From the NCBI GenBank assembly GCA_964252035.1, contig OZ176216.1: 64,000 nucleotides of DNA, one strand, 5' to 3'. Under the pieces are notes generated by a model. The model made no database searches. It saw only the letters and a list, made by a program, of their open reading frames with translations, and was not told the DNA's origin. The translations under genes were made by a program, and so were the position numbers. This document shows, piece after piece, positions 49,712 to 62,039 of this stretch. This DNA is from Podarcis erhardii (lineage: Eukaryota). Every line of letters begins with the position of its first letter. Within the stretch, counting starts at the first letter, position 1.

Positions 49712-51753
49712 GAGATCCCTATTTTCATCAGAGAAATGTCAAAGGGTATGACTGCTCTATAAAGCTTCTCCAAGAGACAGGAATTTGGAATCTTCTAGAA
49801 GACTCCCAAAGTATTTGTAATTGGAATAAATCTTTCTCTTCATTTATTAAAGTTCTAATAAATTATTGCTTGCAATTCTGAATTCTTATTTGACCAGCTA
49901 ATTGGCCAATGTTATATATATATAAAACACACAATTAAATCTAAAAGCTGATTGGAACCTTGCAAATTTCCAATTTTGAGTTATAATTGACTAGGCTATA
50001 AATATACAATACCGAACTGGTTCTTCATCTTTTATTTTCCTGCTCAAAAAGCTGGTTTTGAGGGAGGGGGGGAGATTTTTTTTATATTTAAAGAGGGTTT
50101 TTCAGGGTTTTAATCTCTTTCTAAACCAGAACAAATGCAGTGACTTCTTAATCGGGTTCAAGTGTGGCTTGACATGGTGTCTCTGTACCAAACAAAAGGC
50201 AACAATGTTGACTGATTCTTGCAAGAAAAAGCACAGCAAATTACTGTGTATTGGAATGAGCCAGCAGTGGAAAAAATGAAAAGAAAAAGGTTATTGAGAG
50301 GGGCACTCTTTGCAATTACAGGTAAAACCTGCCTTCCTTGTTTCTTTGACTTCCTAAATCTCTTTATAGAAGGCAATGTGGCCTATGTAATTGTAAGCCG
50401 GCTTACTCAGAAGGTCTAGAAAGGAGCTCTTCCTACTTCCCTCCCCTTCACCAGTCCGTCTCCTGCAGTCTTTTCCATTGTGACACTTCTGTAAATTTCT
50501 CTCCATTCATTATAAGGACCTACATGGAGGCTTTGCACCCAGCCAAATGAATGGGAGGATTTGGGGCTTTAATTTAAAACAGGGAAGACAATATTTCAGA
50601 GGGTTAAGCTGGTCTTCTGTCTAGGTTTAGCGGGACGTATTAGAGCAGGAAGGGAGGTTAGAACAAGTTTCTGCTCAAAGATGTTACCATGGTGTGATGA
50701 ATTGTGATCTCTGTACTGGCCTCAAAAGGCATTTAGTCTGTGTGTGACGAGCAGCAGAGGGCAGGGGAAGATTATATGAGTCAGCAAGAGAAGCTGTCAT
50801 CTCTAATTGAGCATGGTTCGGAATGAGGAGGGGCTCCTCATCTTACTGCAAAACCTGTTTAAAAAACAGGGGAAATGGGAACGGGGTAGAATTCCACAGG
50901 AATAATCTCATGCCAACATATTCAGTCCTCCTGGACCATAAAGATACAGCTAGAGGAGCTCATCACATCCTTTGGGTTCTGTATGCTATCTGTAAAAATG
51001 CAGTTGTTTGGAGAATAGTGTGTTTAAGTATATTGGGGCAGATCTGCAGCAGAGCAGACCTCCCACCTAGTCATGGGCAATTCCATTTCCATTTCTCTCT
51101 GTTTCTCATTTTTCCAGGTTTAAGTTCATTTCCACATCATTTTGAAATTATTATTTTTTTTAAAAGCCGTCATGAAAATTCCTTAGGGAATTTGCCAGAA
51201 CAACCATTAAGAAGACTCTGGAAACACAATCTGTGGTAGAGAAATCTAAAGGATCTTTAAGCAACCAATTAAACATGATTACTGTGGGCAGAGAGGTTTC
51301 CTAAGGCTCTTCCCGCTCCTGTGGCCCCCACAGCAAAGGGTTAAAAGGATTTCTTCCTCCTTGCTACAAAAACCTTGGTTGTGTGAACCTGGCAAGTGCA
51401 GCGTAGCCCCACCAGTTTGGCTATCACCCTGGTGCACATGCCTTAACTGGTATCCCTACCGACCCCTGATGCCAAAGCAGCCGGACCAAAGAGTGCCTGG
51501 TACCCAAAAACTCTTGAGGTATTCCTCTCGCCAGCTCTTAACTTGTCCTTTCCTTCCTGTCCAGATCAAAACCCACTCCACTTCCCAACAGTACAGATTA
51601 GGCAAAAGAAGAAGAGTCCCAAGGCCAAACAGGAGCTCACCCAAAAATTCCTACTCAGCCCCCAAGCAAGCAACTAGTAAAGGTCATACAGCAAAAACAG
51701 GTTAAGAGGTCGCTTTGAAGATACGAGTGATGAGTTTGGGGAGGAGTCTGCTT

Positions 51754-52771
51754 ATAATAATAATAATAATAAATTTTATTTATATCCCGCCCTCCCCAGC
51801 CGAAGCCGGGCTCAGGGCGGCTAACAATAATCAAATAATCAAATAATCACACATTCAAAATATTCATTATAAAAATTAAAATCAAATTAGTGGCAACCGA
51901 TTAAGCAATATTCTGTGCAGGTTGCCAGAGGAGGGAGTCAGGCTGCGCCCTGACCAAAGGCCTGGTGGAACAACTCTGTCTTGCAGGCCCTGCGGAAAGA
52001 TGTCAGGTCCCGCAGGGCCCTAGTCTCTTGTGACAGAGCGTTCCACCAGATTGGAGCCGCAGCCGAAAAGGCCCTGGCTCTAGTTGAGGCCAGCCTAACC
52101 TCTCTGAGGCCTGGGACCTTGAGGATGTTATTATTTGCAGACCGTAGGTTTCTCTGTGGGGCATACCAGGAGAGGCGGTCCCGTAGGTACGAGGGTCCTA
52201 GGCCGTATAGGGCTTTAAAGGTTAAAACCAGCACCTTAAACCTGATCCTGTACTCCACCGGGAGCCAGTGCAGCTGGTATAGTACTGGGTGAATGTGATC
52301 TCGCAGCGAAGACCCCATAAGGAGTCTCGCCGCGGCATTCTGCACCCGCTGGAGTTTCTGGGTCAGTCTCAAGGGCAGCCCCACGTAGAGCGAGTTACAA
52401 TAATCCAGTCTGGAGGTGACCGTCGCATGGATCACGGTGGCTAGGTCAGGGCGAGAGAGATAAGGGGCCAACTGCTTAGCTTGGCGGAGATGAAAAAATG
52501 CCGCCTTTGTTATAGCTGTAATCTGCACCTCCATAGAGAGGGAGGTATCGAAGATTACACCCAAACTCTTAACGGACGGTGCTGGCACTAATTGCACCCC
52601 CGCAAGAGATGGGAGTTGCCCCCTCAATCCCATATCGTCCCGGCCCAGCCAGAGGACCTCTGTCTTCAAAGGATTTAACTTCAACCGGCTCCCACGTAAC
52701 CATCCAGCCACAGCTTCCAGGCATCTCGCCAGTGTGTCCGGGGCCGAGTCAGGATGGCCATCCATCAACAG
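51754..52771 (-). mobile_element. Young 5'-truncated L2-clade LINE with open RT C-terminal frame
   Basis: RLKLNPLKTEVLW...KSLGVIFD..LSM...SRLDYCNSLYVGLP...KLQRVQNAAARL...LHWLPV..RI.FK are typical L2 motifs; (AAT)n tail at 51754; CpG retained. The first ~40 aa of the listed 319-aa ORF lie outside the element. Confidence 0.95.
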
Positions 52772-53589
52772 TCTAGCTTCATTCCTGTCTTGATTGGCCC
52801 CTTGGCCCACCTGACCATATTCCAGCTCATCCGGGGGGGATGGGACAATTCTGAGTCTTCTTTCAGGGGTGTTGGAATGTGGCAGATTCACCCCCATGCA
52901 AGAATGGGAGCATCATTCTCCCAATAGGCACATTCCTGCGTGCAATTTTACATAATATACACATTTTTTTCAAAGCAATTCCCCCCAATGTATTGAATCT
53001 TTGTATGCTATTTTTAACTAATTAATGCATTTTTATGCACTGTTTACCCTAGTGTATGTTATATTTGAGTACATTACTTGACTGGAAAACTGTGTTGCAA
53101 AATTGGCAAAGTGAGGCTCTCAAAGGAGGGTTCTGTTTTGGTTCATGGATTGTTTCAGAAAGTATGAATTGCATGGGTTTCTCTGTAAAGGAGGAGTAAA
53201 ATCAAATTTCTTCCCGATGCGTATCCAGACCTTCCCTCTTACTTTTCAGCTTTCTTTCTCTCCCCCCACCCTTTTTTTTTTTTTTTAAAAAAAAAAAGAT
53301 AACACAGCATCACATCTCTAACTTTCATCTCTAACTTTTTCTTGTGCAGATATAAAGTGTGCAGGCATCATTCTACCCAGCTGGGTACCAAAAAGCTAAG
53401 CTGCTTTCACTCTGTTCCCTTGCCACAGAATGTCTGTCTATGGGACCACATTGAAAACCTCTGAATTTCCCCTTTCATCTGCTCTTTTGATCCTCTCCCA
53501 CTGCACTAGAGTCAACTTTTCCAGGGGGACAAGGGGCTGCAATGTAAAAGAGATCCTAGAAACCTTGGAACTCCATTGCAAGCATAAAA

Positions 53590-54375
53590 GATAAGAGCAT
53601 AAGAGGAGCCTGCTGGATGAGGCCAATGGCCCATGTAGTCTAGCATCCTGTTCTCACAGTGGTCAACTAGATGTCTGTGGGAAACCCACAAGCAGGACAT
53701 GAGTGCAACAGCACCCTCCTCACTTTGAGATAGAGATAGAGAGTTTAGCCTGGCTCTCATTGGACGAAATCTGTATGCATCGCCTAAGAGACGGTTGGCA
53801 TTGTCGAACTCAAGGAATGGTGACCACTTGTTGGAAGTATGATAACAACAACAACAATTTATTATTTATACCCCGCCCATCTGGCTGGCCTTCCCCAGTC
53901 ACTCTGGGCGGCTTCCACAAAATATTAAAATACAGTAATGCATCAAACATTAAAAGCTTCCCTAAACAGGGCTGCCTTCAGATGTCTTCTAAAAGTCTGG
54001 GAGTTGTTGTTCTCTTTGACATCTGGTAGGAGGGCGTTCCACAGGGAGGGCGCCACTACCGAGAAGGCCCTCTGCCTGGTTCCCTGTAACTTGGATTCTC
54101 GCAGTGAGGGAACCGCCAGAAGGCCCTTGGCGCTTCTGTATGAAACTGAATCCAGCTTCATACAGCAACTCTCCCTTCCTGTAGTTTCCAGAAGAAAAAA
54201 CAACGTCCTTTTCTCTATCCACTTTCTCCCTGCCATGCATAATTGTATAGATTTCTATCATGTCACTCCTTACTCACCTTTTCTCTAAACCTGTCCTCAG
54301 ACTGCAGTCACTCCATCCCCTTGATCATTTGGGTTGCCTTTTGCTGAACCTTTTCTGACTCTGCAGCATCCTTTT
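53590..54375 (-). mobile_element. CR1-type fragment containing an L2 3' insertion (53845-54134)
   Basis: CR1 motifs on both sides of an L2 tail that begins (AAC)n-tttattatttataccccgccc. Confidence 0.75.
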
Positions 54376-54682
54376 CTGAGGTTTGATCTCTCTAGGGCTA
54401 TTGATTCCATCTAGGAATTCAGCTGGATATTGTAATACTGGTGTGGACAGGCATTTAATGTTCTCTTTAGCAAGCGGAAGGCTGAACGAGCTTCTAACTG
54501 CACGTGACAGCTGTGTTTTGTTTTGCTTTGCTTAATTTGAAACACTGGTTGTCTGCTTTAGAGAATTCGGATCTTAGCAGGATGGGATTTGAGAAATGAA
54601 TTGTTAACTGCTTCATGGTTCGTGAGCCATCGATGTTGAGCAGTGTGCCCAGGCACCCAGAACACTTAGCCTGTTCTTTGTC

Positions 54683-55070
54683 ATATCATCATCACCATCA
54701 TCAAATTTATTGCCAGCCCTTCACCAGCGCATCCCAGGGCAAATTGCAACAATGTGAAATTCAGAATTTAAAACAGTTAAAACAGGCTACTTTCACAGGA
54801 ATAGGGTGGGCTCTGAAGACACATATCTCTTAGGAGCCGAAGGCCAGATAAAGAGGTGCCTCTGCAGCATTCGCTGAAAGCTGTTTAGTGAAGATGGCAG
54901 ATATACCTCTGTTGGGAAGAACTTTCATGATTTAGGGGCTGTTGCAGAGAAGGCCCTCTCCTGGGCCATCACCACCTGAAACCTCTGAGGGTGAAGGAAA
55001 TACCAAGAGCACCCCTTCTGCTGATCTTGGCACCCAGTAGGGTCTGTAGAAAAGGAGGCAGTTACTTAAA
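54683..55070 (-). mobile_element. Older L2 3' fragment with (CAT)n tail
   Basis: gagaaggccctctcctgggccatcaccacc-type L2 3' motif; a similar piece lies near 58960-59100. Confidence 0.65.
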
Positions 55071-56504
55071 TATTAATATCAAAGAGGTTCAGTAAACACC
55101 CCCAACGAGGAGATTACAAGTGACCAAAAAGGTTGTATCTGAGGAGACATCTTTTGTAATCATGCAAGGCTGGGAGAACTATGAGGATGAGGAGGCTGGT
55201 CATAAAATAATAGAATTGTGGAGCTGGAAGGAATCCCAAGGGCCATCTAGTCCAACCCCCTACAATGCAGGAATCTCAACTAAAGCATCCATGACAGATG
55301 ACCACCCAACCTCTGCTTAAGAACCTCCAATGAGGTTTAAAAGCACAACTTCTGAGGCGTACTTGCTACTCACTGCCTCTGGGGAAAATAGTACCCTGGC
55401 ATTCTAACGACAGGTGAGTGGTCCTTCCAACCTGTAAAAGTTGTGTCATGTGAGAGGGGTGGAGGAGATAGTGACTTGGTTCAATCCAGCTTTCTGCAAG
55501 ATTCAGGTGTATGAGAGAGTTTTCCACAGGGAAGCCTCTCATGCACCCAAACCAAGAGTTCAGTGCAGCTTACTGCAGGGGTCAGCTGCATGGGCAGCAA
55601 ATCCTGTCACATCAAATCTTGGGCAGGTGGCCATGTTTTGGGGGAAATGGTCTCATGGGCCTAATGGAGAGGTTTGGTGGGCTCAGTCTAGCCTGTGAGC
55701 CAGAGGTTCCCAACTTCTGTTCTACATGGACCAATCCATTGCCATCTTCACTTCACTTCAGCTCCTAATTCCACTGGACGTTTTCACCTTGAAATACTAA
55801 GTTTGTTCTCTCTCACACACACACCCATCACTTTTCTTTTTCCTGTGGAGGTTGTTCGAGTTCTGTTGTTATAACAACTTAGCCCCTTCTCCTGGCCTTT
55901 TCTCCTCAGCTACCTGCAAGACAAAGGGTGACAAAGCATTCAACTAAATTTCCCTCTTTACATGTGTGACAAAAACCAACAAACAAACCCACAACACCAT
56001 CCCCACCCACTGAAGACTTTTGACTCCTTCACACACACATACCTCACATGCACACAAAGATGGTTTCTTTTTAGTGCTTGATACTCTAAAGCATAATTGA
56101 AAGCCTCAGCTTTTGTGAGGGACCAATGAAGGCTTCTTGAATAGAAGGTACTTCCTGCAAAGTGCTTATATTCTTATCTATAAAGAGTGAGTTAAGGCAG
56201 GGGACAATTGCCAGGCAGCTGCTTTGTAAAGAAGAAAGAAGGCAAGTGTGGAAGATTTCCAAATAAGTTTGGAAGGGGGCATAATAGACATGCCAGGGAG
56301 GTAAATGGGTTTAAGATAAGGTTCTGCATGTCAGGTTAGACCCATGGAGAGAGAAATTCAAGGTGCTCTTCTCCTGTTTCCTGGTGGCACAAATCACAGG
56401 ATCATAGATCTATACCAAGTGCAATTGACATTTCTGCAATAATAGTGAGGTAGACTCTGAACCAAGTGCTTCACTGGTGTTCTTCAGAATAATAAGAAGT
56501 GGAC

Positions 56505-56860
56505 AAAAAGGCATAGTTGAGTGGTAGAACATCTGTTTTGCATGCAGAAGGTCCCAGTTTCAATCCTCAGCATCTTTTTTTAAAGTTAATTTTTATTGAA
56601 GTTTTTCTTGTGCTACAAAATAAACAAAGGAAAGTACATATCTCATCTCTACTTTTGATTCATAGAGTCTTTTTCACAGTTCGTTAATGTTCAGTATGAT
56701 ACACTAATGTCACAGACATCTTACGGTTGGGGGAAGAGATGGAAGAAAGAAAAAGAGTGGGGAAGAGATGGGGTATTGTTCTATCAATCCCCGGCATCTT
56801 CAGGTAGGAGTGGAATGAGACCCCCTGCCTGAAACCCTGGAGACCATCTGCCAATTGTCT
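56505..56860 (+). mobile_element. Squam3-like SINE interrupted by a reverse poly(A)-tailed retro-insert (56576-56783)
   Basis: 16-bp TSD tcaatcc(t/c)c(a/g)gcatct (56560-56575 and 56784-56799, 2 mismatches); the insert starts with a T run and tttattg. Confidence 0.8.
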
Positions 56861-58875
56861 GATTCAGCGTGAGGCAGCACCCTCTGTTCCAGATTGCAGA
56901 GGTTGGCAGTCAGCCACCTTTGGTGCCATCACAGATGTACAGGCACAAACACAGACCCTAACTGTTGATCAATAAAGATGGCATCACCAAAACACATGCG
57001 GTTTCAACATAGTGTTATATTCCTGCGCAGTAATCCCAGCTGTGCACACACCCCTTAAGGAGTCCCACTGGACTATAAAAAGTCCCTGTTGCAAGTCTGG
57101 ATTAAGAGCCCTACCCAGAGTTTTGTATAGAGTCCTATTCTCAGGCTGAGTAAGATTAGAGATGGGCTGACTCACTTCTGATTGACCGTAGAAATAGCTT
57201 GGTACATTTTTTAAACCAATCTGAGGTTCATAAATCATCTGGCCAGAGTCCCCAAGACTCTCCCACTTTTTAATTTCCATATAGTGTGCCCTTATGGGGC
57301 AGCAGAAATGGCAAGAGGTCATATTGTCCTTGTTCCCTTTCATATTGCATTTGATGCGTTGCCACTTAAGTTGGGTACAGTGTTGGAAAAGAGGTTGGGA
57401 GATTGGGGGGCTGGGTTGGTTGGAGGAATCTTGGGAGTGATGATGATTTATTAGACTTGTTAGTCACTTGTTCCACAGAGGTCACAGCATGTTTAAAAAC
57501 AGAAATGCATTATAATTTTAATACCTTCATTCAAAAACACAAGTAACTGGCATTTCCATCGATTGCCATTTGTTCCAGTTTAGCATTGAATAATGGGGTT
57601 TCGGGGGGGGGGGGACGACACACGCTCTGACCTGTGCCTAGAAAGCCTAAAGGGGCTTGCAAAGCTCATGTCTTCCTACGAGTTTTTATAAGACCTTGAG
57701 TTTGTATTGAATCTAAAGCTTGGAGAACTCCACTGACATTCCTAGTTAAGATACAAATACCTGTGAGGCAGCTGAATTAAAAGTGCAGCAGTCAACAAGG
57801 GGCGCCATCTTTAAACATGGCCTGCACACAACACAGACATTGTGTCAATATATTTTTGCAGAGGGTGCAAAGATACCTGCAGAAACCCTGGAAATCGTAG
57901 GGTTTCCCATGTCACCATTTGAAAAGCTTCGTTCTAGAGATATAATACACAGAGAGAAAGGAATGAGAAGGGAAAGAATGTGGGAGCTCTTGGGTGACTT
58001 CTCAAGAAGTCGCCACCTCACACTCTCAGGAGCTGTGTCCTTGCAAAGGAGGGATTTGGTCTGAAACCTCAGCAGCATCTACGATTTTTCTGTTAGAGAG
58101 ATGTCATCATCCCTATTATGAGAAAGGGCAGAGAAGGCCGGATATCTTAATAGGGAAAATTGAGAGTAACTCTCTGGAGTCTTGGCTCTCTGTACCATCC
58201 TCAAGCCACTACATTATGCATTCATGGTTTTTTAAATATAATAAAAAGGCTGAAAGTAACCATTATGATAATGTCCAGGTCCCTTGACAACGCAGAACCG
58301 TAGTCTTTTCTTCAAGGATTTCTCAATAATGTATGCTGAGAATGCAATAACTTTTTTTTCCAGAAAGATTTGAAATAACACAGAGGCTGCCATGTCCCTG
58401 TATAAACTATTCTGACTTCATTACTTTTGTTTTCAATTTGGCTTTGTTCCCTCTTGAAGAGATGTGGACAATTATGAGCAATCGGTAGAGAAGTACTATG
58501 ATGCCCGGTAGTTTCACTTAATTAAATTGTTACAGCAGGCAAAGAGGTTGACCACTAGGGATGGAGGAGAAATTTCATTTAAAAGCTGAATCTATCAAAT
58601 CCACACCTTCCAAAACAAAATGTGAACCAAATCACAGCTATCCTTAAAAAAAAAATGGCACTTATCTGAATTTTGCAATGCAGTACTCCAACCAAGCAGT
58701 GTTTACAAAACTGCATTTGTTGGGGGAAATTGCTTGTAAAATTGTGCACATTGGTCAAAACTGTACATAAATACATGTTTGTTAGGGGGGAAATAGCACT
58801 AAATTTGTGATTCACCATAACTTAAGCAAAAAACAAATACATACATTAAAAACAGCATTACAAAAGTGTAACAGA

Positions 58876-58877
<2 letters not shown>

Positions 58878-58941
<64 letters not shown>
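58878..58941. repeat. Compound (GT)n(GA)n microsatellite
   Basis: Seen directly. Confidence 0.95.
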
Positions 58942-58943
<2 letters not shown>

Positions 58944-59425
58944 ATCCATCCATGCAAAAAAAGTCATAAATAGCTAAAAGCCAAAGGCCTTATGAAAGAA
59001 GAGGGGGTTCGCCTGGGGCCTAAAGATATGTAACAAGGGTGCCAAGTGAGCCTCATTAGGGACAGCATTCCACAAGTGGGGAGCCACCGCTGAAAAGTAC
59101 AGTATGTTAGGTGCATCTGAATGCCCATTTTGCTACAGTCTGCTCACATTGTCCTTTCCATCACAGTTTATCTTTCTTTTCACTTATCACAGGGCTGCAG
59201 ATGGGGAAGGCGTTTGCATCTGCGAATGCTCCCTTGTAGAGAAACACCTTTCCTGAATGTGTTCATAATAGCTCAACAGAACAAGCATCCATGTGGCATA
59301 GTGATGTTGGAACAGGGAGAGCCAGGTTCAGATTGCTATTCAGCCATGAATCTCACTAGATGTCCTCAGGCCAATGACCTGCAGCCTGATCTGCTCTGTT
59401 CACTTGAGGTTACCAGTAACTCTTT

Positions 59426-59430
<5 letters not shown>

Positions 59431-59480
<50 letters not shown>
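59431..59480. repeat. (CT)25 microsatellite in the acceptor region of the 59497 exon
   Basis: Seen directly; ends 16 nt upstream of the exon. Confidence 0.97.
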
Positions 59481-59482
<2 letters not shown>

Positions 59483-59496
59483 CTGACTTTCCCCAG

Positions 59497-59594
59497 TGTG
59501 CCAGATCCTTCCAAAAGGGGTGGTTGGTGTTCTGGGACCATCTTCAAGTCCTGCTTCCAGCTCCATCATCAGCAATATCTGCGGAGAGAAAGAG
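59497..59594 (+). CDS. GRIK4: Next GRIK4 coding exon (ATD)
   Basis: The A at 44219 plus TG at 59497 makes the Met codon, then [32 protein letters not shown]. Acceptor ctttccccag ends 59496; donor gtgagt starts 59595. 98 nt, in frame with the previous exon across a 15.3-kb intron. Confidence 0.97.
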
Positions 59595-60643
59595 GTGAGT
59601 GGTGTCAATCTTGCTCTCAGTACTGCAGCTTATGAACAGAGGCTTGCAGTGCCTTCATGCAGCCAAGCAACTGGAGATTAAGGGACAGGTCACAGCTCAG
59701 TGGTAGCACACTTATTTCGCATGCAGGAGTTCTCGGGATCAATATTTGTTATCTACAGTAATCTACAGCACTCTCTCTCAAGCATCGTTCTTTAACCCTG
59801 GGTCCCTAGGTGCTGTCATGCTACGAATTCTAAGATCCCTGACATTTGGCAAAGCCATCTGGGGACCCAAGGTAGAAGGACGCTGCTCTGAAGGGTCAGA
59901 TAGCCAGGGAGGGAGGGGGGACCTCTCTGCCTGAGAACTTGGAAAGCCACTGCCAGATAATTTGCACAGTACCAGGCAGAATTGACCCATTCTGATTCTT
60001 CACTCCAAACTGGCTTTGCAGATTAACACATATTCACCCCCCCTTTTTGATGTGATCATCCAAAGATGGCCTTGAAGGGGGATTTTTGTCACTGGTGGAA
60101 AAGTTCACAAAAAGCTGGTCCCCAGATGCTGGTTTTTAGTGCATGGCAGAAATAAATCCATGTCTGATCTCCTGGCAATTATGTTAGCGCTTATGCGACT
60201 ACACCTCCCTCTCCTTCCATCCTCAGTACTCCATTCCTCTCTTTTTTGGAGTCTTACATCTAATACAAAATCCTCATGGTAGGTTTCTAACCGGTGCACT
60301 TGATTTAATGTTGGATAAGCCCCATGCTCCCTGTGCTGACCAATCCCCATTCCTAGGGAACAGAACGGAGCTCTCATAATTCACCCGCTTAACTCCTAGT
60401 CGCATCTCTCTGCCATTTAGTGGACTCTGAAACGTGTCCCTTGCCACAAGGCTTTGGGAGTGATGGAAAGTCAACAAGTCAATAAGAGGCGTTCACAAAT
60501 AAATTGCAGTAATTCGCTGCCTTCAAGTTGCATGAGTCAGGAGGTGTGAGAACTTTCTGTAGCCCAGCCTTTCTCCAAAGTTTTTAAGTTGTGTAATGGA
60601 TGCAGTTCTGCCTAGCCTCCAGCAAGGGCAGTGTAGATGCCAG

Positions 60644-60996
60644 GTAAAGGTAAAGGGACCCCTGACCATTAGGTCCAGTCATGACCGACTCTGGGGTTGC
60701 AGCGCTCATCTCACTTTATTGGCCGAGGGAGCTGGCGTACAGCTTCCGGGTCATGTGGCCAGCATAACTAAGCCACTTCTGGAGACCCAGAGCAGCGCAC
60801 GGAAACGCCGTTTACCTTCCTGCCGGAGCGGTACCTATTTATCTACTTGCACTTTGACGTGCTTTCGAACTGCTAGGTTGGCAGGAGCAGGGACCAAACA
60901 ACGGGAGCTTACCCCGTCGCGGGGATTCGAACCGCTGACCTTCTGATCGGCAAGTCCTAGGCTCTGTGGTTTAACCCACAGCGCCACTGGCATCCC
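60644..60996 (-). mobile_element. Full-length Sauria SINE
   Basis: Reverse copy of 46449-46820; 12-bp TSD TGTAGATGCCAG (60632-60643 and 60997-61008). Confidence 0.95.
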
Positions 60997-61378
60997 TGTA
61001 GATGCCAGAGAGGCGTGTAAAAAATACAAAACATGGCCACAGAATTCACTTTCCGGCTTCTGTGCTTCTAAAAAGCAAGTTACTGTCCTTTACTGTGGTT
61101 GTGCCCAAACCATATATTTAAAGTACATGATATCCCGCAGAGAATCTTGGGGAATGTAGTTTAACTCCACAGAGTTACAGTTCCCAGGATTCTTTGAGGG
61201 AAGCCGTGTCTTTTATAAATGGATGGTATGTACAGTGCCATAAATACAAATAATTAAACAAAATCATTTTTGTCTCACCCTTCTTCCTTAAGAAGATCAG
61301 AACTGAATCAATTAAAAAGAGCCCATATAAAATGCAGCATGGCATCCAAAATACCTAGGAGAGCTCAAAAGCCTGGTT

Positions 61379-61409
<31 letters not shown>

Positions 61410-61850
61410 CAGTGAGGGAGCCATACAAATTTCCTGCAGGTGGCAGTGCCAGAAGCCCAGGGGTCAATACAGAAAAGTTGCTGTCATGTTTGGCAACCCT
61501 ACAAATACCTGAGAGGACAGCAAGATGGGTGCCTTGTAGAAGATCTTGATTCTCAGGCAGGGGTATGTGAACAAAAGTCATCCTTTGGGTGACCTGGACC
61601 CAAACTGTTCAGGGCTTTATAGATTAAAAACAACACTTTGAGCTGTATTTGGAAAGGAATAGGTGGGCAGCGGGGTGGGGGAGGGGGGATAACATGAACC
61701 TTGCATCACACCTTCATGAGGGTGACCAAAAAACATGCTTGAAGTCTTCCCCATCTCTGCTCACGGGGGTATTTTCTTTCAAGTCACTTTGTTAAAATTC
61801 ATATCTGCTTCAGTGTCTATTTTCAAAAAACATCCTCAGTTTCCTTTCAT

Positions 61851-62039
61851 CAGGGTCGGCCCAAGACATGTTGGCACCTGAGGTGAACCACAAAATGGCA
61901 CCCACACACATCAGGGAAGAAAGATCCACATCAGGAAAAGGGGGGCGGGGATAAATATATACATTTGGATCTACTGCCCCTATGCATCTTGCCACCTGAG
62001 GCAGCCGCCTCACCTTGCCTCATGTGTGGGCTGGCAATG
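61851..62039. mobile_element. Decayed hAT-type MITE
   Basis: cagggtcggccc ... gggctggcaatg imperfect TIRs; TSD not convincing. Confidence 0.5.

Noticed and set aside
51938-52897. 319-aa ORF as a host gene
   Set aside because: It is the RT C-terminus of a truncated L2 with a fortuitous Met from flanking DNA.
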